A DNA stretch of 56,486 bases from assembly GCA_001775055.1 (NCBI GenBank), contig MFBU01000002.1, positions 1 to 56,486 of the forward strand, written 5' to 3'. Within the stretch, counting starts at the first letter, position 1; each line of letters opens with the position of its first letter. Below the pieces are notes generated by a model. It was not told the DNA's origin and did not search any database. It saw only the letters and a program-made list of their open reading frames with translations. The translations under genes and the position numbers were made by a program. Shown piece after piece: positions 47,773 to 56,380 of the stretch. Origin of the DNA: Candidatus Curtissbacteria bacterium RIFCSPLOWO2_02_41_11. GTDB lineage: Bacteria; Patescibacteriota; Microgenomatia; Curtissbacterales; GWA2-41-24.

Positions 47773-49287
47773 ATGTCAAAAACGCAAGTTTTAGAAAAAA
47801 TCAGCAAACAGCCTGCCTCGCCTGGCGGCGGTCAAGGCGGGCCAACCGCAATCGTTATTGCCGGTGCAACCGGCGATTTGGCGCGAAAAAGAATTTTTCC
47901 GGCGCTTTTTGAGCTTTTTACAAATAATCTTCTACCTCAAAAACTCAAAATAATCGCTGCCGCCAGAACCAAACATACCGACAAGAGTTTCAGAGAAGTT
48001 TTAAACGAAACACTTAGCCGTAAAAATGAAGAATTTTTAAAATTGATTGATTATTTATCGCTAGATGTTGCCCAAAATATTAATTTAGCAAATCTTTCAA
48101 AACATATTGAACAATTTGAAAAAATCACCAACTCCTGCACCCAGCGAATTTTCTACATGGCCATTGCACCAACAATCTTAGAAAAGGCGGTCGAAAATTT
48201 GGCAAGCAATAACTTACATCTTGGCTGTCCTATTCACCACCAACAAAATACCAAGTCAAGAATTATTATCGAAAAACCATATGGGACCGACTTAAAATCT
48301 GCCCAAAGCTTAGGCCAAAAACTGCTGCAATATTTTAACGAAGACCAAATTTATCGTATTGATCACTATCTTGGTAAAGAAACAGTCCAAAATATTTTTG
48401 CCTTTCGCTTTGGTAACGATATTTTTGAACCAATCTGGAACAAAGACTTTATCGACCATGTCCAAATCACCACTGCCGAAGGTATTGGGGTGGAAAAGCG
48501 CGGCGAGTTCTACGATAAAACCGGAGCCCTTCGGGATATTACCCAAAATCACCTCCTGCAACTTTTGACTCTGACTGCAATGGAGGAACCGGAAAAATTC
48601 GAAACTGAAAGTATCAGAAAAAAGAAATTGGAAATTCTTTCTTCAATCAAGGAGTTAACTTTCGACGAAATCCCCAAGTTTTCAGTTCGCGGCCAATACG
48701 AAGGCTATCTTGCCGAAGAAAAAATTGCTTCCAACTCCAAAACCGAAACTTATGCTTTAATCAAACTCTTTATCAAAAATCAAAGATGGCAGGGTATCCC
48801 TTTTTACTTGCGCACCGGTAAAAAACTGATGGGCAAAGTCACCTCAATTATTATCCAGTTTAAAGAATCAGGCCATAAGCTATATAAGAATTTTCAGGAT
48901 ACAATTCCCAATCACATAACCATCCAAATTCAGCCCAATGAAGGTATCGGTATCAGACTTGCTGCCAAAAAGCCAGGATTAACCACTCAACTGGAACCGG
49001 TTGATATGGAATTTTGTTACAAAACTTCTTTTGATACGCCACAACCGGATGCTTATGAAAGGTTAATTTTGGATGTTATTTTGGGCGATCAAAGTTTATT
49101 TATTTCCCAAGAAGAAGTCGAAGCTTCGTGGAAAATAATTGATCCTATCGAAGAAGTTTGGCAAAGCAGCAAATCAAAACTAACTCTTTATAAACCTGGT
49201 ACCTGGGGCCCCAGCCAAGCCGATGATTTAATAAAGGCTGACAGCCGACATTGGTTGGCTCCACTCTTAACCATCTGCAAAATCTGA
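47773..49287 (+). CDS. zwf: glucose-6-phosphate dehydrogenase
   Basis: GATGDLA, EKPYG, RIDHYLGKE, QNHL, PFYLRTGK and DAYE motifs. Confidence 0.98.
   Translation: MSKTQVLEKISKQPASPGGGQGGPTAIVIAGATGDLARKRIFPALFELFTNNLLPQKLKIIAAARTKHTDKSFREVLNETLSRKNEEFLKLIDYLSLDVAQNINLANLSKHIEQFEKITNSCTQRIFYMAIAPTILEKAVENLASNNLHLGCPIHHQQNTKSRIIIEKPYGTDLKSAQSLGQKLLQYFNEDQIYRIDHYLGKETVQNIFAFRFGNDIFEPIWNKDFIDHVQITTAEGIGVEKRGEFYDKTGALRDITQNHLLQLLTLTAMEEPEKFETESIRKKKLEILSSIKELTFDEIPKFSVRGQYEGYLAEEKIASNSKTETYALIKLFIKNQRWQGIPFYLRTGKKLMGKVTSIIIQFKESGHKLYKNFQDTIPNHITIQIQPNEGIGIRLAAKKPGLTTQLEPVDMEFCYKTSFDTPQPDAYERLILDVILGDQSLFISQEEVEASWKIIDPIEEVWQSSKSKLTLYKPGTWGPSQADDLIKADSRHWLAPLLTICKI
47811..47842. repeat. palindrome read in frame in the zwf 5' end
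   Basis: GCCTGCCT...AGGCGGGC, encoding PASPGGGQGG. Confidence 0.75.
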
Positions 49288-49373
49288 CATCCTAATTTAT
49301 CCAAATTTTTAATCCGAATTTTTTGCGAATATTCGGATTAATTAGAACAAATCCCATTCGGATGCATTCGCAT

Positions 49374-50330
49374 CTACTTCTTCTTCACTTCATGCCCGCC
49401 AAAAGCTTGCCGGAGCGCCGCTACTAATTTGGCAGCAAAAGTTGAGGAGACTTTCGAATCTTGTCTGGACTTAGCCCGATACATCAATGATTCCTCGATA
49501 ATTGGAACCGAAACTTTTTCTCTTTTGGCCTGCTCAACAGTCCATCTGCCCTCTCCCGATTCCTCAATATAGCCTTCAATTTGTGAAAGCTTAGGATCTT
49601 TTTCTAAAGCATCAATTGTCCGCTGCATCATAAAGCCGGAAACCAAAGTTCCCTTTTGGTAAAGTTTGGCAACTTTTAAAAGATCTAAATTATAAGGAGA
49701 TTTTTGCAAGAGCCCAAAGCCCTCTCCGACTGATTGCATGATGCCGTATTCAATACCGTTATGGACCATCTTGACAAAATGGCCGGCTCCGCCTTGGCCA
49801 AAATATTCATGGCCGCCATTGGGTTTTGAAAGTGAATCCAAAATCGGCTTAATATGATCATAAGCGGACTGATCTCCGCCCGCCATCAATGGATAGCCCT
49901 CGCGCGCTGCAATTACTCCTCCCGATACACCAATTCCTAAAAACTTGACAAACTTTTTTCTAAAATGCCTATACCTGCGCTCTGTATCCTCAAAAAATGC
50001 ATTGCCACCATCAATGATGACATCGCCTGACTCAACATACTTTTCGACCTCGTCCAAAATCTCTTCCGTTGCCTCACCAGCAGGCAACATCGACCAGATG
50101 ACCCGGGGTAAATCAAGCTGATTAACCAAATCTTTGACACTACTTGCCACTTTTAAATTTCCCGACCTCGTCTCGACTCGGTCGAGGACGGGTTGAATTT
50201 TGAATTTTGACTTAAGCTCTTCAACTTTGCTTGAAGAGCGATTCCAGACCACCACCTCATGATCTCCCTCAAGCAGCTTTATAACCATCCGACTTCCCAT
50301 CCGTCCTAAACCTATGAAACCAATTTTCAT
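49374..50330 (-). CDS. gnd: 6-phosphogluconate dehydrogenase (short form)
   Basis: GFIGLGRMG, IDGGN, GVSGG, AGHFVKMVHNGIEY, SGEGRWT and FGGH motifs. Confidence 0.97.
   Translation of the reverse strand: MKIGFIGLGRMGSRMVIKLLEGDHEVVVWNRSSSKVEELKSKFKIQPVLDRVETRSGNLKVASSVKDLVNQLDLPRVIWSMLPAGEATEEILDEVEKYVESGDVIIDGGNAFFEDTERRYRHFRKKFVKFLGIGVSGGVIAAREGYPLMAGGDQSAYDHIKPILDSLSKPNGGHEYFGQGGAGHFVKMVHNGIEYGIMQSVGEGFGLLQKSPYNLDLLKVAKLYQKGTLVSGFMMQRTIDALEKDPKLSQIEGYIEESGEGRWTVEQAKREKVSVPIIEESLMYRAKSRQDSKVSSTFAAKLVAALRQAFGGHEVKKK
50161..50192. repeat. palindrome read in frame in gnd
   Basis: CCCGACCTCG...CGAGGACGGG (9/10), encoding PVLDRVETRSG. Confidence 0.75.
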
Positions 50331-50573
50331 TTGTTTTTCCTTATAAGAATTAATAAAGTCTTATAGCCAGCAAATGCTGCCCATAAGGACTCAAGTACCA
50401 AAAACGGCAAGCTATTGATCATAAATGCGTAATAGGCTAAAAAGCTTGCCCCCCCCCAGATTAACAATATTATAAAAAAGTGATTCTTGATTTAGCTTTT
50501 TTAGTAAATTCATTACAAATCCTAAGAGCAACAGAAATAAACCAAATACTCCAATAACAAAGTTAAAATCCAT
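50327..50573 (-). pseudogene. small 3-TM membrane protein (CBU_0592-like), frameshifted in a G9 run
   Basis: with G8 it reads MDFNFVIGVFGL...YNIVNLGGASFLAYY...PFLVLESLWAAF...KNK* and its TGA overlaps the gnd ATG; with G9 it stops after 53 codons. Confidence 0.75.
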
Positions 50574-50580
50574 TTTTTAA

Positions 50581-50622
50581 TTTTTATTTGTATTTTTGAT
50601 TTTTGATATTTGATATTTGAAT
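50581..50622. repeat. 7-mer tandem repeat (TTTGATA-like)
   Basis: TTTTTGATTTTTGATATTTGATATTTGAATT. Confidence 0.7.
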
Positions 50623-51293
50623 TAAATATCAATATCCGTAATCAAATAAGATTTAGTGGTGGTTTTTTTAAAGAAAACCGCCGGATATTTACGCACATCC
50701 AAAAAACCATCTTCGAGTAATTTTTTTAAAACTTCTTTCTTCTCCTGACCGAAAGCCAAAATGATAAAGGCGTTAAAGCGACTCAAGGCTTTAAAAGTCA
50801 TCGTAATGCGTTTGGGAAATTCGTCACTAACCACCTGCGAAACCACATACTTGGGCGAATCGATTGCCAGGCTATTGGCAAAAATCCCCGCCGTGTGCAA
50901 GTCATTACCAATTCCCATAACGGCTACTTTCTTCTCATATTTGACAAAAAGTTCCCTCAGTCTTCTGTCGTAATCAAAAGCAGTCTCCTCAAATTGCAAC
51001 ATCGATAAGACTTTATGAAGTTCGATATTTTTCGCTTTCAAGAAATCCGCCAAACCGCTTCGCTCAATAATCAACTCATTGCTATTTTTATGACCAGATG
51101 GTCCAAAGCGTTCGTCAACCAGACAGGCTGCACCCGGCAAAATGTTACGAGGAACCACAAGCATCTGGTTGTAATTGGGCGATCTGCCGCCGGAAAGCGC
51201 CAAAAGTGTAGCCGAATCAACAAAAATCCTAAGGATTGAATTTGCCCGAAAATTGCCCAGAAGCGGATCTTTAACTTTGATAAGCTGAATCAT
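50622..51293 (-). CDS. pgl: 6-phosphogluconolactonase-like protein
   Basis: LSGG.SP, VDERF...SN, GIGNDLHTAG, RITMT and GQEK motifs; clustered with zwf and gnd. Confidence 0.8.
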   Translation of the reverse strand: MIQLIKVKDPLLGNFRANSILRIFVDSATLLALSGGRSPNYNQMLVVPRNILPGAACLVDERFGPSGHKNSNELIIERSGLADFLKAKNIELHKVLSMLQFEETAFDYDRRLRELFVKYEKKVAVMGIGNDLHTAGIFANSLAIDSPKYVVSQVVSDEFPKRITMTFKALSRFNAFIILAFGQEKKEVLKKLLEDGFLDVRKYPAVFFKKTTTKSYLITDIDI

Positions 51294-51326
51294 TCCGACC
51301 TCAGAAACATCACATTTTCTGATATA

Positions 51327-52673
51327 TCATATTTTGTGATGTTTTTTCTTAATGCTCCATTTCGGCCCCTCCGAGGTGTCCTCAACATAGACTCCCATCT
51401 CCTGCAATTGCTTGCGCAGCCTATCAGACTCTTCAAACTTCCCAAGTCTTCTTAAAGTCTCGCGTTTCTCGATTAACTCCCTTGCTTCTTTTGGCAATTG
51501 GGCTTTCTTGACTTTATCAAGTCCAAGACCCAAAACCTGATCCATCACAATTATTGATTGATGTTTGGCGCTAGTTGGATAATTACTTTTGACCATTGCC
51601 CACATGATTGATAGTGCTTTGGGCATATCAAGATCACTATTGACGGCTTTTTTAAAATCACCTTCAAACTCCGCGCAGCCGATTTTAGGTTCATCCCAAG
51701 TGCTGATTTGACCGCGAAGATTGTCAAGAGCATTTTGGCAAGCCGCAAGTGCTTTCCAGGTAAAATTAAGTTTAGACCTGTAATGGGCGGTTAAGAATAA
51801 ATATCGCAGAGCGAGCGGCTCAAAATTGCGCTTTTTGATATCCTCAAGTGTAAAAATATTGCTCAGGCTTTTGGCCATTTTTTCGCCTTCCACCAAAAGA
51901 TGTTCGCCCTCCAGCCAAAAGTTGACAAATTTCTTGCCGGTTGCTGCTTCACTTTGAGCAATTTCATTCTCATGATGAGGAAATAAAAGATCAACCCCGC
52001 CAGTATGAATATCAATTGTCCGACTCAAATACTTCATGCTCATTGCGCTACATTCAATATGCCAGCCCGGTCTGCCTTTGCCAAACGGGGCATCAAACTC
52101 CGGCTCGCCAGCATTTGACTTTTTCCAGAGCGCAAAATCACAAGGATTATCTTTTTCGTATAAATCGGCGGCGATTCTCGCTCCGACTTTGATTCTTTTC
52201 TTTAAGAGATTAGACAGCTTCCCATAATCTTTAAATTTGGAAATATCAAAATATACGCCATCTTCGGTTTTATAAGCAAAACCTTTCTTAAGAAGCACTT
52301 CAATGATTTGAATCATTGAAGTGATGTGTTCAGTCGCCCTCGGATACTCATCCGCTTTGATTATATTGAGCTTTTCCAAATCATCAAAAAAAGCCTTTTC
52401 ATATTTGGCTGCAATCTCCCTAAACTCTAGTCCCTGATTCCTAGACGCAGCTATGATTTTGTCGTCAATATCAGTGATATTCATCACATGCTTGACTTTA
52501 AAACCGTTAAAAATCAAAACCCGTTTTAAAATGTCCTCAAAAACAAAAGTCCGCCAGTTACCGATATGCACAAAGTCATAAACCGTCGGACCACAGGTAT
52601 AAAGCCCAACCGTTTTGCTAATGGGCCTGAACTCTTCGACTTTTTTAGAAAGGAAATTATACAGCTTAAGCAT
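51327..52673 (-). CDS. cysS: cysteine--tRNA ligase
   Basis: CGPTVY..HIGN, GRPGWHIECS, DL.FPHHENE and KMAKS motifs. Confidence 0.98.
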   Translation of the reverse strand: MLKLYNFLSKKVEEFRPISKTVGLYTCGPTVYDFVHIGNWRTFVFEDILKRVLIFNGFKVKHVMNITDIDDKIIAASRNQGLEFREIAAKYEKAFFDDLEKLNIIKADEYPRATEHITSMIQIIEVLLKKGFAYKTEDGVYFDISKFKDYGKLSNLLKKRIKVGARIAADLYEKDNPCDFALWKKSNAGEPEFDAPFGKGRPGWHIECSAMSMKYLSRTIDIHTGGVDLLFPHHENEIAQSEAATGKKFVNFWLEGEHLLVEGEKMAKSLSNIFTLEDIKKRNFEPLALRYLFLTAHYRSKLNFTWKALAACQNALDNLRGQISTWDEPKIGCAEFEGDFKKAVNSDLDMPKALSIMWAMVKSNYPTSAKHQSIIVMDQVLGLGLDKVKKAQLPKEARELIEKRETLRRLGKFEESDRLRKQLQEMGVYVEDTSEGPKWSIKKKHHKI

Positions 52674-53376
52674 TTAAAAATTTTTCCAACTGTCCTCTTT
52701 TTTGACTAACTTCTGCCAATTTGTCAGTTAAAACGTAATATGGATCTCCCATAAGTTGTGACTCTACCTTTTTATAACTTGAAGTCAAAGCCTTTGTTAG
52801 AAATTGCTCAAATACTTGGGGATTGTCCTTTGCTTCTGAAACCGCATCAAGATAGCCATCACGCCCTTCAACACGCCAATCAGGCAGATAATAACCAAAT
52901 CTTCTTAAGGCAAAATGGATCAAACCTCTTGTCACTCGACCGTTACCGTCAAGAAACGGGTGGATATAAACCATCTCATGAATTTTCCGGCACAATCTCA
53001 CTACCTTAGCTACGTCTTTATGATCTGCGACTGTTTCTTGCCATAGAGCTGATATATCCACTCCAAGCTCTCGCATTAATCTGGGGACGAGGTGATGCTC
53101 CGGATACTCTAAATTCCCTTCGACAACAATAATATTGGTGTTTCGGTAGCTTCTGGTGGATTGACCTAATGGCCGAAATGCTTCCTCGTAAAGATCAGTA
53201 GCCAAAGAAGGCAGGCTAAATGTAACTTCTGGATCAGCTGCTTTCTTCTCCACTAAACTTTCTAAATTAAAAATTCCTTCCAGAGCCCTAACTTCATCGG
53301 GTGTTAAAGTTTCCCTTTCTTTCCAGACAGGGGAGGCTTCAGTCGCAAGATTCACCTCATGAGATAGATCAGCCAC
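52666..53376 (-). CDS. Fic domain protein
   Basis: canonical HPFLDGNGRVTR motif. Confidence 0.92.
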   Translation of the reverse strand: MADLSHEVNLATEASPVWKERETLTPDEVRALEGIFNLESLVEKKAADPEVTFSLPSLATDLYEEAFRPLGQSTRSYRNTNIIVVEGNLEYPEHHLVPRLMRELGVDISALWQETVADHKDVAKVVRLCRKIHEMVYIHPFLDGNGRVTRGLIHFALRRFGYYLPDWRVEGRDGYLDAVSEAKDNPQVFEQFLTKALTSSYKKVESQLMGDPYYVLTDKLAEVSQKRGQLEKFLNA

Positions 53377-53380
53377 AACT

Positions 53381-53602
53381 TTAGCGAGCCTTTCTCGCTC
53401 TGCGTCGCTTGATTTTTACTAGCTCTTCCCTAACAGCAACCTCAACAACTTGCGGATGCTCGATCACAAAGCTATCGACCACCACTTCATCAAGCTGTTG
53501 CTCCTCAATATCAGTTGCAAATTGCTGCGTAAGTTCTTCTGGAGTTCTCGGTTCGCCATGTCGTCTCGATTCTTTTGTCATGATAACTACTGATTTTACC
53601 AC
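53381..53602 (-). CDS. putative Fic antitoxin
   Basis: 73 aa, 4 nt upstream of fic; SFVIEH resembles the (S/T)xxxE(G/N) inhibitory motif. Confidence 0.5.
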   Translation of the reverse strand: MVKSVVIMTKESRRHGEPRTPEELTQQFATDIEEQQLDEVVVDSFVIEHPQVVEVAVREELVKIKRRRARKAR

Positions 53603-53626
53603 GTTACCGCCCTATAGTAAAGTCGG

Positions 53627-54028
53627 CTATTCTGCTCCGTAATTTTTAATTTCGGCGCGGGTTTTTTCAATAGCAGAAATCGGCATGTCTTTTTGTTGTT
53701 TTCCTAAAAGCTCCTCCTGCTTTTCTTTCTGCTCCCCTATTTGCGCTTGCTGCTGTTTTCTGGCCATTTCTTCTTTTTTACGCCGAGCGGCATGTTCCTC
53801 GTAAATTGCCTGGATTCTGGCACGAACCTCTTCTTGAGCTGCATCGCTAAACTTCTTGTCTTTATCCGAAAGCTTGGCCAAATCATCGGTTGTTGGGGTT
53901 TGCGCTTGTCCTTGACCAATTATCTGCGAAACTGCCACCTTACCGATTTTCTTTAACTCTCCTAAAAAAGTCGAGCCAACTTCTCCAGCCGTCTCGGCAA
54001 TATCAGAAACTGCAGACCCATCATCCAT
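53627..54028 (-). CDS. hypothetical coiled-coil protein
   Basis: 133-aa Q/E/K-rich ORF. Confidence 0.75.
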   Translation of the reverse strand: MDDGSAVSDIAETAGEVGSTFLGELKKIGKVAVSQIIGQGQAQTPTTDDLAKLSDKDKKFSDAAQEEVRARIQAIYEEHAARRKKEEMARKQQQAQIGEQKEKQEELLGKQQKDMPISAIEKTRAEIKNYGAE

Positions 54029-54052
54029 ATAATTTAATTGTACAGGAAAAAC

Positions 54053-54110
54053 CGACTAACGACTAAAGACTAATGACTAACGCAATTTGAAATTGGAAAT
54101 TTGAAATTTA
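54053..54110. repeat. two adjacent 7-mer tandem arrays
   Basis: (GACTAAN)x4 followed by (TTGAAAT)-like x3. Confidence 0.8.
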
Positions 54111-54111
54111 T

Positions 54112-54735
54112 TTAGTATTCTTTTCTTCCCTCAAGCGCCCGTCTGAGCGTGACCTCATCGGCGTACTCAATTTCCGCGCCAATCGGAATACCCCGGGCAA
54201 TCCGCGTAGTTTTAATTCCCAAAGGCTTAACCAATCTCTGAATATACATCGCCGTTGCCTCCCCTTCCATCGAAGGATTGGTTGCCAGAATCAGCTCTTT
54301 TAAGGCCAGACCTTGTTTCGGATTATCAGAATAGGATTTTTTTAATCTGGATAATAGCTCGTTTATTCGCAAATCCTCCGGGCCGATATTCTCAAGTGGT
54401 GCAATCACCCCATGCAAAACATGATAAAGTCCACTGTAACTTGCTGACTTTTCGATTGCCCAAACATCTAAAGGATCCTCAACCACGCAAATTATTGACT
54501 GGTCGCGATTCGGGTCCTCACAAACCTCACAAGGATCAACTTCCGTAATGTTTTGGCAAATGGAACAAATTTTAGTTTTGGTCTTTAAATCGCGCGCCGC
54601 CTCCGAAAGTTTTTGGGCTAAATTATCCGGCGCATGCAAAAGATAATAGGTTAAGCGCGCCGCCGTCTTTGGACCAATTCCCGGCAACGCCTCAAACGTC
54701 TCAATTAAATCGGAAACACTTTTAGGGACTCTCAC
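54112..54735 (-). CDS. recR: recombination mediator RecR
   Basis: LPGIGPKTAARL, C4 zinc finger, ICVVE, EGEATA and EYADEVTL motifs. Confidence 0.97.
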   Translation of the reverse strand: MRVPKSVSDLIETFEALPGIGPKTAARLTYYLLHAPDNLAQKLSEAARDLKTKTKICSICQNITEVDPCEVCEDPNRDQSIICVVEDPLDVWAIEKSASYSGLYHVLHGVIAPLENIGPEDLRINELLSRLKKSYSDNPKQGLALKELILATNPSMEGEATAMYIQRLVKPLGIKTTRIARGIPIGAEIEYADEVTLRRALEGRKEY

Positions 54736-54777
54736 TACTTAAGAAAGTATAACAAGCTTGAGAAAGGTTTTGAAGAT

Positions 54778-55071
54778 TTAACTTCCCCCACCGCCGAACA
54801 TGCCTTTGAGGCCTTCGAGTCCTACCATTCCCTGCATCTTCTTGGCCGCCTGCTTTTGGCTTTCTTTAACCGCTTCGTTTACGGCCTCGACAATATCCTC
54901 CTCATTTTTACCGTTTGTTTCAATGGAAATAAATCTTTGAGCCAAAGTCACCTTCACCCTGACTCCCCTTTTTTCAACCTCAACGGTTTCCTCATCCAAG
55001 GTCTTTTGAATGCGCATGGCCTCATCACGCATTTTCTTTAGTTCTTTTAATTGTTGAAGTTTATCAAACAT
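54778..55071 (-). CDS. ybaB: YbaB/EbfC nucleoid-associated protein
   Basis: IQKTL.EE.VEV...VRVKV...IVEAVNEA; directly upstream of recR. Confidence 0.85.
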   Translation of the reverse strand: MFDKLQQLKELKKMRDEAMRIQKTLDEETVEVEKRGVRVKVTLAQRFISIETNGKNEEDIVEAVNEAVKESQKQAAKKMQGMVGLEGLKGMFGGGGS

Positions 55072-55126
55072 CTTATTTTCAAATACTAAATTGTTCTTCT
55101 TCAAAAGTCAAACAAAAAAATCTATC

Positions 55127-56269
55127 TTAAACAAGATCTTTTAGGGATTCTCTTATCCTTCGGCTTTTGAAATGTCCCCGGTGCTCAATCGTAGTGTCAA
55201 TTACTCCCAATGGATTATCGACTCTGGTGATACCGGGGTCATTCACCTTAAGGATATCCATCAGCGAAAGGTAATCAATCAATGCTTCATGTGCTTCTTG
55301 TTTCGAAATATCAAACTCGACCTTCTTGACAACCTCATCGATTGCCACAAACATTTCTTTGGCATAACCACGAGTGACAAAAGCTCGTCTTTGACTATTC
55401 CTTATAAGTTCTGGAGCCTCGTATCCGTGAGGGTACCCCATTAAAATACTTGCTGAGGCATCTCTTGGTGGCTTAAGAATGTTCATGGCCTCCTCAGTTT
55501 TTGAAATTAAAACAGCAGTTCTGCCATCTAACCAGTTTGAATGTGAGAATCGATAACGAGTTACCTCCATCACGCCTTGAAAAAAATCCGTCATCCTCTC
55601 AAAAGGAGCTATTGACGCCATCATCGGTGTTGACAATCTTGCGCCCACCAAAAGCAATGGAATGCCGCCGGCCAGAGCAAGGAATTTTCTCCTTGACATT
55701 CCTCTTCTTTCACCGTCACCTTGAGATCCACGCCTTGATCTTAGTTGTGCCAAAACAATTGCTCCACTAATAAGTGCGGCAGTTGAAACATATGTTGCGG
55801 CCTCTTCCCGTATAAGTTTTAAGACATAGTCTTCTATTGCGCTGTTTTCCAATCGAGCCAACTCATCAGCAAATTGACTTTCTTGTCCAACTTGCCTCCT
55901 TAAAATTCCTTGATAGAGCGGATCACCCATAACCACATAGATACTTTCTCTGCCACTCATTTCCCTCGGAGAAGCTGGCAACCATCTCCAGACATGCGCC
56001 TTCTCGTTTTCACCCCTTACAATATCTGGGTCAAAATCAGAAATAACGGTATCAAGAGCCAACACCTGTGGTGAATACTCTCTCATTCTTCTGGCAATCG
56101 CTGACCCTGCTACCCAATTATGAGCACTCAAATCGCCAGACAAAAATTTCTCCTCTACATCAACTCCCCATTTCCAGAAAAGATGAATTCCTGGCTCAAA
56201 ATGGATGCGGTATGATTCTTTGTTTACCTCGACCTGATTCGCTGATTCGATAAGTTCTTTTCTTTCCAT
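55127..56269 (-). CDS. hypothetical protein with an internal twin-arginine-like motif
   Basis: 380 aa; MSRRKFLALAGG mid-protein between hydrophobic segments. Confidence 0.8.
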   Translation of the reverse strand: MERKELIESANQVEVNKESYRIHFEPGIHLFWKWGVDVEEKFLSGDLSAHNWVAGSAIARRMREYSPQVLALDTVISDFDPDIVRGENEKAHVWRWLPASPREMSGRESIYVVMGDPLYQGILRRQVGQESQFADELARLENSAIEDYVLKLIREEAATYVSTAALISGAIVLAQLRSRRGSQGDGERRGMSRRKFLALAGGIPLLLVGARLSTPMMASIAPFERMTDFFQGVMEVTRYRFSHSNWLDGRTAVLISKTEEAMNILKPPRDASASILMGYPHGYEAPELIRNSQRRAFVTRGYAKEMFVAIDEVVKKVEFDISKQEAHEALIDYLSLMDILKVNDPGITRVDNPLGVIDTTIEHRGHFKSRRIRESLKDLV

Positions 56270-56380
56270 AGCAATAATTGCAAATTGAGCGGTTATTCTA
56301 CTATAGGTCTGATGTTAAGTCAAGGAAGGTGCTGTGATGGTTGTTAGATTTAACTTGTTAATAGTAAAATTAAAAAATCG

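Noticed and set aside
51367-51378. CCTCCGAGGTG in cysS resembling the prfA palindrome
   Set aside because: Encodes the ordinary EDTSEG C-terminal motif of CysRS with no length insertion
585-56253. Numerous 60-160-aa ORFs antisense to or nested in well-supported genes
   Set aside because: Shadow frames with no motifs or initiation signals
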